Shown here one piece after another: positions 39,983 to 49,477 of a stretch of DNA of 64,000 nt; within the stretch, counting starts at the first letter, position 1, and each line of letters begins with the position of its first letter. Below the pieces are notes generated by a model that did not search any database, was not told the DNA's origin, and worked only from the letters and a program-made list of their open reading frames with translations. The position numbers and the translations under genes are program-made. The DNA is taken from positions 49,323 through 113,322 of the forward strand of contig JAYKHR010000155.1 of NCBI GenBank assembly GCA_035285125.1. The letters are read 5' to 3'. Source of the DNA: Candidatus Sericytochromatia bacterium (GTDB lineage Bacteria > Cyanobacteriota > Sericytochromatia > S15B-MN24 > JAQBPE01).

Positions 39983-41433
39983 CGAAGCGTCACCGGCCAC
40001 AGCGCCCGCGGCAGGTCCTCGAACACCGCCGCCACCTCAGCGCGCAGCTCCGGCGTGCGCGCAAGGAAATCGTAGGGCTCACCCTGCCGTGCCAGCGCCA
40101 CCACCTCGTCCACCTCGTCCACGTAGCGGTTGACCACGCGCGTCACCCGCTCGGCGCCAGCGGCTGCGTCCCCGCGCCCCAAGGCCTTGTAAGCCGTATC
40201 GTCCAGCTTCAGCAGGCCCTTGTACACGGCGTCATGAAGGCTGGTCGTCGTGCCGGCGGCTCGGAAGGGCGTGTCGAAGAACTGCGAGAGCTGACGCGGC
40301 CCCACCTGCAGCTCATACCAGAGCCCGCTCGCGTCGCGAATCTTGACGTGGAGGCGCCCCCGGTAGAACGGCTGCCCGACCACATGGTCGCGCACGATCA
40401 GGTTGTCGTCCCCGAAGTGCCGCCTCAGGGTGTCCATCATGCCTCGCAGGCGCTCTGGCTGAAGGCTCGGCAGGTCGATGCGGCCACGCGCCAGGTCGTC
40501 CAGATGCCCCAGGCGCACCCGGGGCCCGTCGGTGGCCTGCCAGCCGCGCAGCTTGCCCGCCGCCCGCACGGGGTCCTTGGGGACGCCCTCGGGACGCAGC
40601 CCCAGCAGGCGCGTGAGCTCGTCGTCCATCCGGGCGTCGACGGAGTGGGTCAAGGCCTTGAAGCGACGCTTGACGGTGGGGTCAGCGGCCAGGCGCCGGG
40701 GCCCTACCTGCGAGATGGACCTGAACCTGCGCCGGTCGCGGAGGATTCCGTCGCTGGCCCGCCGCAACAGCACGCGCCGCGGCGCATTGACCATCAGCTG
40801 GCCTTCGCCGAGCACCTGGCCAGTGAGGCGGGTGCCCGTGCCCATCGCGCGCTGAGTCAGCGCGAGGTCGTCGACGCGCGCCGCCAGCCTTGCCCCGCGC
40901 AGGCGGCCCACGGCGCCGGCAGCCCGCTGCGTCCCGATCACCAGGGTGCCGACGTCCACCGCAGCCCGGCCCACCACCGCCCAGCGCCGGCCGGCGGCCC
41001 AGTCCTGCCGGTAGGGGTGCAGCACCGCCTGCCCCGCGGCCCGCCAGAAGGCCCCGTCCTCCGCCAGCGTATGGGCCAGGCCACCTTGCAGGGCCCGGGG
41101 AAGCCACAGCGGCGACAGCGGGACGTGCCCCAGCATCGCCCCCAGCCCCTGGAGGGTCTGCACCGGGTGCCGCACGACGGTCCACAGGCCCTCGGCCATC
41201 CCGCCGACGGCACTGAGGACGCCCACCAGCAGCTGGGCGAAGCCGCCGGCGCCCTGGCGAGCAGCCGCCGCCTCGAAGCCTTCAGCCGCGTCGTCAAGGC
41301 GCCGCACCAGGCCCTCGTGAAGCTGGTCCACCGCGGCGAGCGGGGCCGCCGGCTCGGCCTCGGGGCCGGGCGCGGGGGCCGGGGGGCGGCGCTGCAGGGC
41401 GCCGGGGGTGGCGGAGAGGATGGGGTCAGTCAT
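39979..41433 (-). CDS. Putative effector/toxin with C-terminal RelA/SpoT-like synthetase domain
   Basis: KDP.R..GK, LDDLARGRI, YRGRLHV, YELQV, LHDAVYK; N-terminal Gly/Ala-rich helices (GLWTVVRHPVQTLQGL). Confidence 0.7.
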   Translation of the reverse strand: MTDPILSATPGALQRRPPAPAPGPEAEPAAPLAAVDQLHEGLVRRLDDAAEGFEAAAARQGAGGFAQLLVGVLSAVGGMAEGLWTVVRHPVQTLQGLGAMLGHVPLSPLWLPRALQGGLAHTLAEDGAFWRAAGQAVLHPYRQDWAAGRRWAVVGRAAVDVGTLVIGTQRAAGAVGRLRGARLAARVDDLALTQRAMGTGTRLTGQVLGEGQLMVNAPRRVLLRRASDGILRDRRRFRSISQVGPRRLAADPTVKRRFKALTHSVDARMDDELTRLLGLRPEGVPKDPVRAAGKLRGWQATDGPRVRLGHLDDLARGRIDLPSLQPERLRGMMDTLRRHFGDDNLIVRDHVVGQPFYRGRLHVKIRDASGLWYELQVGPRQLSQFFDTPFRAAGTTTSLHDAVYKGLLKLDDTAYKALGRGDAAAGAERVTRVVNRYVDEVDEVVALARQGEPYDFLARTPELRAEVAAVFEDLPRALWPVTLR

Positions 41434-41700
41434 GGGTGGGGTGGGCTGGGGCAAGCCCTCCCCTTTCCATGCCACGGCCGTGCGGGGTTGAAACGCGCGT
41501 GCGTTCCTGATTCCGCATCAACCCTTTCCCGCTGGCCCGGGCCCCTTCCCAGCGAAAGCTGAGAGCGCATTGCTTGCGCGCCCCCCGGGTGAACGCAGAT
41601 GGACCCTCCCCCGGCCTCCGGGACAGGGTGGCCGCAGGCCGGATGAGGGGCCGTTGCGGCAAGACGGTCCGCGGGGGCAGCACCGGGCACTGGCCCGGCG

Positions 41701-42771
41701 TCAGGTGGCCCCCACGGCGTCCAACCCCTCGGCTGCTCGCGCCACGTGGCCAAGGGCCGCAGCCAGCGCCACGAGCACCCAGAGCCGCGGGCCGAGGCGC
41801 GCATCGACGTCGAGGGGGGCTTCGAGGCGGGTGTCGAGCTCCCGCAAGCGGCGCACCTCGTCCCGCGCTGCAGCCGCCGCCTCCTCGTGGCGCCCGTCCT
41901 CGGCGGCATCGAGGGCCTGCACCCCGACTCGTAACGAGGCCACGCAGGTGGCGAGCAGCATCGGGTCGGCCGCATCCTGGGCCTCCGGCGGCAGGGCCAG
42001 CAAGGCCCGGGCCGCCCCGGCCGCGTCCTGGACGTGGTGCACCACCTGCTCCAGCTCACGAGCCGCGGCAACGGCCCCGCCCGGGGCCAACCAGCCGCCT
42101 GGAAGCATCGCCGCGTCGCGACTGAGGTCCGCGAGGTCCTGCCGGTTCGCCCCCAGGGCCCCGAAGGCTCGGTCGAACCCGGCCAGCGCGCGCTGCACCG
42201 CCTCCCGGTCCCGCCGGTCGACGGCCTCCGCGAGCCGCGTGAGCATGTCCCGCACCTCCCGGATGCCCGCGCGAAGGCGCACCGCGATGTTGACGCGCGC
42301 CATCAGCGGCACCGCCACAAGGTTGACACCCAGGGCGACGGCGACGCCCAGCATCAGCGATCCCTCGCGGACCCAGGCCCGCTCCAACCAGGTGCCTTCG
42401 AACGGCTGGCCCATGTAGGCCACCGAGAACAGGATGACGATGAGCCCATTGGCGCTCCAGCCCAGCCAGGTCCCGAGGCCCCAGCCGAAGGCAGCCGCCG
42501 CGGCGATGGCGAACGGCCCCGCCCCCAGCGCCGTGATCGCGAGGGCCACAAGCCCGGTGCCCAGGAGGCTGGCAAAGACCTGGTCCCGCGAGTCGCGCAG
42601 CGCCCCCGTGACGGACGGGCGTGTGCACAGGAGCGCGATGAAGATGACGGAGATCACGTCCTGCGGCAGCCAGCGGGCGCCGACCCAGGCCGCCAGGCCA
42701 GCCGCCGCCCCGAACTTGGCTGAGACCAGCAGCAGGTGGGCGCGGCGCGCGCCGAGAGCAGACAGGCGCAC
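41701..42771 (-). CDS. FUSC/aromatic acid exporter family membrane protein
   Basis: SAKFG.AAGLA, ALLCTRPSV, N-terminal TM bundle plus helical C-terminus. Confidence 0.75.
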   Translation of the reverse strand: MRLSALGARRAHLLLVSAKFGAAAGLAAWVGARWLPQDVISVIFIALLCTRPSVTGALRDSRDQVFASLLGTGLVALAITALGAGPFAIAAAAAFGWGLGTWLGWSANGLIVILFSVAYMGQPFEGTWLERAWVREGSLMLGVAVALGVNLVAVPLMARVNIAVRLRAGIREVRDMLTRLAEAVDRRDREAVQRALAGFDRAFGALGANRQDLADLSRDAAMLPGGWLAPGGAVAAARELEQVVHHVQDAAGAARALLALPPEAQDAADPMLLATCVASLRVGVQALDAAEDGRHEEAAAAARDEVRRLRELDTRLEAPLDVDARLGPRLWVLVALAAALGHVARAAEGLDAVGAT

Positions 42772-42778
42772 GCCCCGC

Positions 42779-43057
42779 TCAGTCGTGCGAATGGCCGCCC
42801 GGGAACATGTGCAGGGCGTGGTGGAAGGCACCCTCCAGTTCGAGCAGGGCCATCACGTCCGCGGCAGCTTCCTCGGACCCGACGGCCGCGAGCAGCTCTT
42901 CATCGCCGAAGTGGCGAGGCAGGCGGTCGAGCAGGCCGGGGAAGCGGGCCTCCCGCAGGGCACTGGCCGCGTCCATCAGCAGCTCGCACTCGGCGCGGAC
43001 GAGGGTGTAGCGGGCGAGGGTCTCCTCGGTGCCGAGGTTCAACATGTCGAACTGCAC
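42779..43057 (-). CDS. Hypothetical protein
   Basis: 92-aa ORF with AAGGA RBS, just upstream of the FUSC gene. Confidence 0.65.
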   Translation of the reverse strand: MQFDMLNLGTEETLARYTLVRAECELLMDAASALREARFPGLLDRLPRHFGDEELLAAVGSEEAAADVMALLELEGAFHHALHMFPGGHSHD

Positions 43058-43147
43058 GGTGGTGGTCCTTCAGCGTGATCGATGGGGGAATACGAAAAGG
43101 CCGCTCGCAGGGGCTCCAGAGGAGCTGGCGCGATGCGGCCTTCGAAG

Positions 43148-43218
43148 AGCCGGTGATGGGAATCGAACCCACGCCCCAAGCTTGGGAAGCTCGTTTGCTA
43201 CCATTACAACACACCGGC
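43148..43218 (-). tRNA. tRNA-Gly(CCC), CCA not encoded
   Basis: GCCGGTG/CACCGGC acceptor stem, anticodon loop TTCCCAA, T arm GGTTCGATTCC, U73. Confidence 0.95.
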
Positions 43219-43231
43219 AAGGTAGGTCCGT

Positions 43232-43260
43232 ATTGTAGGGTCCTGCCCGAACAGCGTCAA
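43232..43260 (-). promoter_or_regulatory. Sigma70 promoter of tRNA-Gly
   Basis: TTGACG-N17-TACAAT. Confidence 0.75.
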
Positions 43261-43721
43261 GGGGAGGCCCCGGCGGCCTCCAGCGCCCCCGTCAGGGCGA
43301 GCCAGCTCGTCGCCCCGGTGAACCGGGCGCGCACGCGCCCCTCCGGGCCGACCACCAGGTACGTGGGGGTGCGCGTCAGCCCGACCTCCTCGGCCAGCGC
43401 AAAGGCAGCGCGGTGCTCGGGCGTGCCGGGCACCAGGCGGTCGAGGACGTGGCGGCGCACCGTGGCGCGCCCCGCGTAGCGGCGCTCGAGTTGGGAGACC
43501 ACGGGACCCATGGCCAGGCACGCCGGTCAGCGGGAGCCGTCAAAGACCACCAGCACGGGGCGACCGTCCGTCGCGACCCTCACAGGCGCCAGCGCGGCGG
43601 CCGCGTCGTCTCCGCGGCTCGGAAGGACGCACCGCGTGACCAGGACGCCCAGCACGGCGACCCAGAGAGCCCGCTCGATCCAGACGACGGCCGCGACGCG
43701 CTTGGCGGAGACCTCGGACAC
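43257..43721 (-). CDS. Membrane-anchored thioredoxin-like selenoprotein (UxxC; Sec codon TGA at 43527-43529)
   Basis: Two track ORFs are in frame: RPVLVVFDGSR-U-PAC-LAMGPVVSQLE...GLTRTPTYLVVGPEG; SECIS-like hairpin 11 nt after TGA; GGAGG RBS. Confidence 0.85.
43497..43515 (-). promoter_or_regulatory. Bacterial SECIS-like hairpin
   Basis: GGCCATGG-GTC-CCGTGGTC (8 bp including G-U pairs), starting 11 nt after UGA, apical GGUC. Confidence 0.7.
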
Positions 43722-43740
43722 GCCCACCTCCCAGACTCAG

Positions 43741-43774
43741 AAAAAACACGAGGCCCGCTGACGCGGACCTCGTG
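43741..43774 (-). terminator. Rho-independent terminator of tRNA-fMet
   Basis: CACGAGGTCCGC/GCGGGCCTCGTG stem plus T6. Confidence 0.9.
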
Positions 43775-43780
43775 ATGGAG

Positions 43781-43854
<74 letters not shown>

Positions 43855-43859
43855 AGCTC

Positions 43860-43888
43860 AATATACCAGCCCCCCGAACTCCTGTCAA
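43860..43888 (-). promoter_or_regulatory. Sigma70 promoter of tRNA-fMet
   Basis: TTGACA-N17-TATATT. Confidence 0.85.
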
Positions 43889-44108
43889 AGCCCCCCTCGG
43901 ATCTCAGGCGTTCGCCCAGCGCCCCAGCCAGCTTGCAGCCTGACAGCCAAGGGCCTCGGGCACACGGCCCCCCCCCTGGTCGCCCGTCAGCCGGGGCCCC
44001 TGACGCACGGTGCCCTTGAAGCTGACGGGGCAGACCAGGTCCCCGCCAGCCCAGGGGCCCGGAGGCGGGGCATCCGGTACAATGAAACCCACTGAAAGGG
44101 GACCCACG

Positions 44109-44474
44109 ATGCGATACATGCTGACAGCCTGGGCGGTGGCAGCCCTCGCCTTCCTGCTGGCGGCCTACCTGTTGCCTGGCGGCTTCAAGATCATCGCCAA
44201 TGGGGAGTTCGAGAGGCTCGGCGTGGCCATGGCCGGTGCGCTCGCCCTCGGCATCGCCAACGCCTTGGTCCGCCCGATCGTGGTGCTCTTCGCCTTCCCG
44301 CTCACGATGATGACGCTGGGCTTGCTGCTGTTCGTCATCAACGGGGCAATGCTGTACCTCGCCACGGCGATGGTGCCGGGCCGCTTCGAGATCACCCACT
44401 TCGGCTATGCCGTGGCGGCGGCGGCGATCATCTCGGCGGTGAACACCATCGCCGGCTGGTTCCTGGAGAAGTAG
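44109..44474 (+). CDS. Phage holin family (YvlD-like, 4 TM) membrane protein
   Basis: ALALGIANALVRPI...FPLTMMTLGL..FVING. Confidence 0.88.
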   Translation: MRYMLTAWAVAALAFLLAAYLLPGGFKIIANGEFERLGVAMAGALALGIANALVRPIVVLFAFPLTMMTLGLLLFVINGAMLYLATAMVPGRFEITHFGYAVAAAAIISAVNTIAGWFLEK

Positions 44475-44523
44475 GCCGCCTCCAGGGTATAGGACGGGCG
44501 TCCGGAGTCCCCGAGAGGTGCCC

Positions 44524-44835
44524 ATGCCGACCATCGACACCGCCCAGTTCTTCGCCCTGCTGCGGCGTGCCCTGCGGGTCATCCCGTTCGCCCGCGAGGT
44601 GCTGTCGATGTACTACGCGCTGCTGGACCCGCGCACCCCGACGTGGGTGAAGGCGACGGTCGTGGGGGCGATCGCCTACTTCATCTCGCCGGTCGACGCG
44701 ATCCCGGACCTCGTGCCGATGCTCGGCTTCACGGACGACGCCAGCCTGGTCTTCGGCGCTTACCAGGCCGTCTCGGCCCACATCAGCGACGATCACCGGC
44801 TGCAGGCGGACGACTGGCTCGAAAAGAACGCGTGA
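44524..44835 (+). CDS. YkvA/DUF1232 family protein
   Basis: DPRTP..VKA...AIAYFISPVDAIPD.VP.LGFTDD. Confidence 0.92.
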   Translation: MPTIDTAQFFALLRRALRVIPFAREVLSMYYALLDPRTPTWVKATVVGAIAYFISPVDAIPDLVPMLGFTDDASLVFGAYQAVSAHISDDHRLQADDWLEKNA

Positions 44836-44845
44836 CGCGTCCCGT

Positions 44846-46282
44846 TCAAGGCCGGTAAATTGACACCGGCACGTTGGTGCCGCCCGGCGTGAGCCAGGGC
44901 TTAGGCAGCGAGAGGGGGGAAGGCGCCGGCCAGCGCACCGCGAGAGCGTCCGTCACGCCACCCGCCCGGATGATCTCGTTGAAGGCGTCCGCTCCATCCG
45001 CCCGCCGCCGCGTGAAGTCACCCCGGCGGCAGTCCACCGTGAAGAGCCCGAACCTCGGGGAGAACGAGCCCCACTCGTAGTTGTCGGTGATGGACCAGTG
45101 GATGTAGCCCAGCACCGGCACGCCGTCTGCCATCGCCCGCTGGACCTGCTGGAGGTGGGCCACGGTGTAGGCGCTGCGGGTCCAGCGATCCCGGCGAGGG
45201 GCCAGATCGTAGGTTGCCATGCCGTTCTCGGCGATGAGGACCGGCAGCTTGTAGCGGGTGTGGTAGCGCTTCAGGGCGTTGTAAAGGCCCTCGGGATAGA
45301 CCTCCCAGGTGTCGGCGCGCGGGAAGACGAACGGCAGATAAAGCCGGAACTTGCAGTAGTAGTCGAGAGCGGCGTAGTCGAGCTTGCGCCCCCCCTCCGC
45401 CATCAGGGCGTCCGCAAAGGCGGTATCGGAGCAGATCTCATGCTCCGCAACCTTGACCGGGTCGCGCGTGTCTTCCGCGCTGAGCGGCGCCGAGGGGGCC
45501 CCGAAGGCCCACTCCGCCGTGTACATATTGAACGACACCCGGGCGTCCGGGTCCTCGGCGTGGACGGCGTCGTAGGCCTCCCCGTGGGCCTGGATCATCC
45601 GCCGCATGGCCCGCAAACCGTCCAGCGGGGCGACCTTTCCGGGCGGCATCATGGGAGACAGCCACCCGCCAATCAGGAAGACGTTGGGCTCGTTGAAGGT
45701 CATGTACCAGCGCACGTCAGCGCCGAACTCGCGCGCGACGAAGGCCGCGTGCCGCTTGAAGGCCGCGACCGCCTCCTTGCTCTCCCAGCCGCCGTAGCGG
45801 TCGAGCCAGGCCGGGTAGGCGAAGTGCATCAGCGTCACCACGGGCTCCAGCCCGCGGGCGCGCATCGCCTTGAGCATGCGGTGGTAATGGGCGATCGCCT
45901 CGGGGTCACGCACGCCTTCCCGGGGCTCGATCCGCGCCCACTCGAGGCTCGTCCGGAACGCGTTGCAGCCCAGGCCGCGCGTGAGGTTGAAATCTTCCTC
46001 GTAGCGGACAATGCCGTCCGCGCCCCGCGGGTTGCGCTCTGACGTGCGCCCCGCGGCGTCGAAGGCCGCCCACTGCGAGGTGGTGTCCTGGCCTTCCCAC
46101 TGGTAGCCCGCGGTGGAGACCCCCCACAGGAAGCCGCCGGGGACCTTCGGGAGGGCGGCGGCCCGGGCGCGAGTGGCATCCGCCGGCACCGGCCGGGTGA
46201 CCACGGGGGCCATGCCCCGGCCGCAGGCCACCAACATGGACGCCGCCAGGATGCCGAGCAAGCCACGACGCAGGGCGCTCAA
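44846..46282 (-). CDS. Glycoside hydrolase family 1 lipoprotein (start approximate)
   Basis: FLWGVSTAGYQWEG, TFNEP, IAENG, TDNYEW; lipobox LVAC. Confidence 0.92.
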   Translation of the reverse strand: MSALRRGLLGILAASMLVACGRGMAPVVTRPVPADATRARAAALPKVPGGFLWGVSTAGYQWEGQDTTSQWAAFDAAGRTSERNPRGADGIVRYEEDFNLTRGLGCNAFRTSLEWARIEPREGVRDPEAIAHYHRMLKAMRARGLEPVVTLMHFAYPAWLDRYGGWESKEAVAAFKRHAAFVAREFGADVRWYMTFNEPNVFLIGGWLSPMMPPGKVAPLDGLRAMRRMIQAHGEAYDAVHAEDPDARVSFNMYTAEWAFGAPSAPLSAEDTRDPVKVAEHEICSDTAFADALMAEGGRKLDYAALDYYCKFRLYLPFVFPRADTWEVYPEGLYNALKRYHTRYKLPVLIAENGMATYDLAPRRDRWTRSAYTVAHLQQVQRAMADGVPVLGYIHWSITDNYEWGSFSPRFGLFTVDCRRGDFTRRRADGADAFNEIIRAGGVTDALAVRWPAPSPLSLPKPWLTPGGTNVPVSIYRP

Positions 46283-46381
46283 GCGCCGCGATGCAAGATC
46301 CGTTGCAGCCACCGAAGCCTCCGCGCGGGCCTGCCAGGTTGCCCCGACTCGCCCCAAAAGGTTAGGGAACCCCAACCAAGG

Positions 46382-46400
46382 CTTAAGCATTTTTTAACCT
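46382..46400. promoter_or_regulatory. TTAA-N7-TTAA box in the GH1/ETF-QO divergent promoter
   Basis: CTTAAGCA-TTT-TTTAACCT. Confidence 0.5.
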
Positions 46401-46541
46401 AAACCAAGGATAGCACGCCCGGCTGGCGGTTGCAATGGCCCCAGCGCCGACAAATCGACACCTGTCAGGCCCATATGCTATAGAACCACCAAGCATCTGG
46501 GCTCCAACCCGATCCCCCACTCGCAGCCAGGGAGAACCGGC

Positions 46542-48245
46542 ATGACCATCGAGCGTGAGCAGAACCCTGTCGACGTCCTGTTCGTCGGCGCAGGCCCGGC
46601 CAGCCTGGCGGGCGCCCTGCACCTCGCCCGGCTCGTCAAGGCCCACAACGCCTCCGGCCAGGGCCCCAAGCTCGACGACCCGATGATCGCCGTGCTCGAG
46701 AAGAGCGCGGAGGTGGGACACCACGGCTTCTCAGGCGCCGTGCTGGATCCCGTGAGCCTGCGCAAGCTTTTCCCTGACTTCGAGGCCGCCGGCGTGCCCT
46801 ACGAGAGCCCCGTGACGGAAGATGAGGTGTGGTTCCTCACCCCTCAGAACAAGCTCAAGCTGCCCATCGTGCCCCCACCGCTCGCGAACCACGGCAACTA
46901 CGTGGTGTCGCTCCAGAAGCTGGTGGCCTGGATGGCGCAGAAGGCCGAGGAAGAGGGCGTCACGATCGCCCCGGGCTTCCCGGCCGCCGAGCTGCTTTAC
47001 GACGAGCAGGACCGCGTGATGGGCGTGCGCACCACGGACACGGGGCTCGATCACCACGGCCAGCCCAAGGCCAACTTCCAGCCGGGGATGGACTTCCTCG
47101 CCCGCGTGGTCGTGCTCGGCGAGGGCACCCGCGGCACCCTCACGAAGGCCCTCATCCAGAAGAAGCAGCTCGACGCGGGCAAGAACCCGCAGGTGTGGGC
47201 GTGCGGCGTGAAGGAGCTCTGGAAGGTCCGCCCCGAGAAGTTCAAGAAGGGGCGCGTCATCCACACGATGGCCTTCCCGCTGAAGCCCAGCGAGTTCGGC
47301 GGGGGCTTTATCTACCACCTCGACAACAACATGGTGTACGTCGGGCAGGTCAGCGGCCTCGACTACCAGGACCCTGCCTTCGACCCGCACCTGCAGTTGC
47401 AGAAGCTCAAGACCCACCCTGCCGTCGCAGACATGCTCGACGGCGCGGAGCTGGTGCGCTACGGCGCCAAAACCATCCCCGAGGGCGGCTACTGGTCCAT
47501 CCCGAAGCTCTACGTCGACGGGGCCCTGCTGGTCGGTGACTCGGGCAGCCTGCTCAACCCGATGCGGCTCAAGGGTATTCACACCGCCATCGAATCGGGC
47601 ATCGCCGCTGCCGAGACGATCTTCGAGGGCCTCAAGGCACAGGCTGGGCAAGACCCGCAGCCGATGGCTGCGGAGGTGCTGGCGGGCTACGAGCGCCGCA
47701 TCCTGGACGGTCCCGTCGGCCGTGAGCTCTACGTGGCGCGGAACTTCCACGCGGCCTTCGAGGGCGGCCTGTTCCCGGCGATGTTTTTCCACATCCCGCT
47801 GCAGATGGCCACCAGAGGCCGAGGTGTGCGGCACCGCTACCACATCTCGCCCGGCCACCAGCGCATGCGGAAGCTCAAGGATGCCTACGGGGACGGGCGC
47901 AAGCCGGCCGAGGACTTCAAGTTCGACGGCAAGCTGACCTTCTCGAAGCTCGACGACGTGTACCGCTCAGGCACGAAGCACGAAGAGAACCAGCCCCCTC
48001 ACCTGCGCATCGCCGACACGAACATCTGCAACACCCGCTGCAAGGAGGAGTATGGCAACCCTTGCCAGCACTTCTGCCCGGCGGCCGTCTACGAGATGGT
48101 CGACAATGGCGCCGGCGGCACGCGGCTCAAGCTGAACCCCAGCAACTGCGTGCATTGCAAGACGTGCGACATCGCAGACCCCTACCAGGTCATCACGTGG
48201 GTGGCCCCCGAGGGCGGCGGCGGGCCCGTCTACGTGGGGATGTAG
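46542..48245 (+). CDS. Electron transfer flavoprotein-ubiquinone oxidoreductase
   Basis: VGAGPA, YGAKTIPEGG, KGIHTA, FCPAAVYE, NCVHCKTCDI. Confidence 0.95.
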   Translation: MTIEREQNPVDVLFVGAGPASLAGALHLARLVKAHNASGQGPKLDDPMIAVLEKSAEVGHHGFSGAVLDPVSLRKLFPDFEAAGVPYESPVTEDEVWFLTPQNKLKLPIVPPPLANHGNYVVSLQKLVAWMAQKAEEEGVTIAPGFPAAELLYDEQDRVMGVRTTDTGLDHHGQPKANFQPGMDFLARVVVLGEGTRGTLTKALIQKKQLDAGKNPQVWACGVKELWKVRPEKFKKGRVIHTMAFPLKPSEFGGGFIYHLDNNMVYVGQVSGLDYQDPAFDPHLQLQKLKTHPAVADMLDGAELVRYGAKTIPEGGYWSIPKLYVDGALLVGDSGSLLNPMRLKGIHTAIESGIAAAETIFEGLKAQAGQDPQPMAAEVLAGYERRILDGPVGRELYVARNFHAAFEGGLFPAMFFHIPLQMATRGRGVRHRYHISPGHQRMRKLKDAYGDGRKPAEDFKFDGKLTFSKLDDVYRSGTKHEENQPPHLRIADTNICNTRCKEEYGNPCQHFCPAAVYEMVDNGAGGTRLKLNPSNCVHCKTCDIADPYQVITWVAPEGGGGPVYVGM

Positions 48246-48249
48246 CCCC

Positions 48250-48477
48250 CTACATCCCGAAGTAACGCGTGAGCACGCTCTCGGCGTGGCGCAGCAGCAA
48301 CTGGGCCTCGAGCGCCGTGTCGTCGTTCGCAGCCTCGCCCGCCGCGTCGAGGGCTGCCCACAGGGTGTCCACCGCCTGCAGGAGTTCGATCTGGTGGGTC
48401 GGCGCCACTTCCATCGCGGCTTTCAGGGCCTCGAGCGCCTCAGGGACGCCACGGCCCTGTTCGGAGGGGGCGTTCAT
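48250..48477 (-). CDS. Small helical hypothetical protein
   Basis: 75 aa, acidic amphipathic; ATGA overlap with the upstream ORF. Confidence 0.6.
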   Translation of the reverse strand: MNAPSEQGRGVPEALEALKAAMEVAPTHQIELLQAVDTLWAALDAAGEAANDDTALEAQLLLRHAESVLTRYFGM

Positions 48478-48728
48478 CGGGCCGTATTCAGTCCGTGGCG
48501 CTGCGGCAAGGGCAGCCCGACGCGGCTGTTCTCCCCGTTACGCGAGGCCTGATCCTGACGCGCTTGCTGCTCCGCCGGGATGTCCGCCGTGGCGTCTTCC
48601 TGCGGCGCCTCGAGCAGCACCGAGTCGATCGGGGCGAGCGCCGGCGCCGCCGCGGGGGCCGCGCGGCCTCCGCAGCCTACCAGGCTCAGGAGCGCGAGCA
48701 GCGAGAGCAACGTGGCGTGGGCGCGCAT
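48474..48728 (-). CDS. Small lipoprotein
   Basis: GGAG RBS, lipobox LVGC. Confidence 0.65.
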   Translation of the reverse strand: MRAHATLLSLLALLSLVGCGGRAAPAAAPALAPIDSVLLEAPQEDATADIPAEQQARQDQASRNGENSRVGLPLPQRHGLNTAR

Positions 48729-49033
48729 GCAGGGGCTCCATCAGCAGCAACGGGACAAGGACCATTATCGCCAGCCGGCCCGCTGCCAGGGTTCAGCCAG
48801 GGTAAAGCTTCGTTTAAACCTTGACGGCGGCTTGACAAAACCTGGAAACCCCCGTCCTGCGTGAGGATGCCCCCCCCCAGCGGGTATCTTGCCAATGGAA
48901 GGCTGCCCTTATGCACGATGCTTCGTCCTCGCCCCGGATGTACAACCGCCGCAAACGTTCGGGGTCCGTCGGGCCCCAAGGCCACCCCGCTGCTCGGGCG
49001 GGGCAGGCATCGCGTAGGAGGCGAGGTGCCCTG

Positions 49034-49417
49034 ATGGTGTGGCGCGCGAAACGGCTCTTGCTGGTGGGCTGGCTCGGCCTCTCGTTGCTGGGCTGCTCCC
49101 TGATGGGCGTGCGGTTTGGTGACGCCGGCGAGGTCCCCCCGGACCGGCTCCTGCGGCCGGGCCCAGGGCCCGTCGTGGTCGAGGGCGGCCACCGGGGTGC
49201 TGCGCGCGTGTCCTGGTACTCGCCTTGGCGCGGCAGCAGCGTCGTGCGCTTTGCGACGACCCCCGGCCTCGAGCGCGCCCAGACCACCGCGCCGACCAGC
49301 GGCAACCGGGCCTCGCTGTCCGGCCTCGTGCCGGGCACCCGCTACTACATGCAGGTGGAGACCCGGACGGATCTCGGCACCTCGCGCTCGTCCGTCTGCT
49401 CGTTCGTGACGAAGTAG
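49034..49417 (+). CDS. FN3/purple-acid-phosphatase-N-like lipoprotein
   Basis: Lipobox LLGC; ARVSW...LSGLVPGTRYY.QV...SF.T. Confidence 0.75.
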   Translation: MVWRAKRLLLVGWLGLSLLGCSLMGVRFGDAGEVPPDRLLRPGPGPVVVEGGHRGAARVSWYSPWRGSSVVRFATTPGLERAQTTAPTSGNRASLSGLVPGTRYYMQVETRTDLGTSRSSVCSFVTK

Positions 49418-49477
49418 GAAACGGGCACGGTGACGCTGTCACCGCAGGCCAGGACAAAATAAGCTACCATGCAGGGC

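Noticed and set aside
43257..43727. Pseudogene interpretation of the split thioredoxin
   Set aside because: The stop is UGA exactly at the catalytic Cys position with a SECIS-like hairpin, which favours selenocysteine
44109..44474. Prophage inferred from a holin-family gene near tRNAs
   Set aside because: YvlD-like proteins are common chromosomal genes; no integrase, att duplication or phage genes were seen
48900..49030. Possible c-di-GMP riboswitch upstream of the FN3 lipoprotein
   Set aside because: Only a GCAAAC fragment; the consensus stems could not be built
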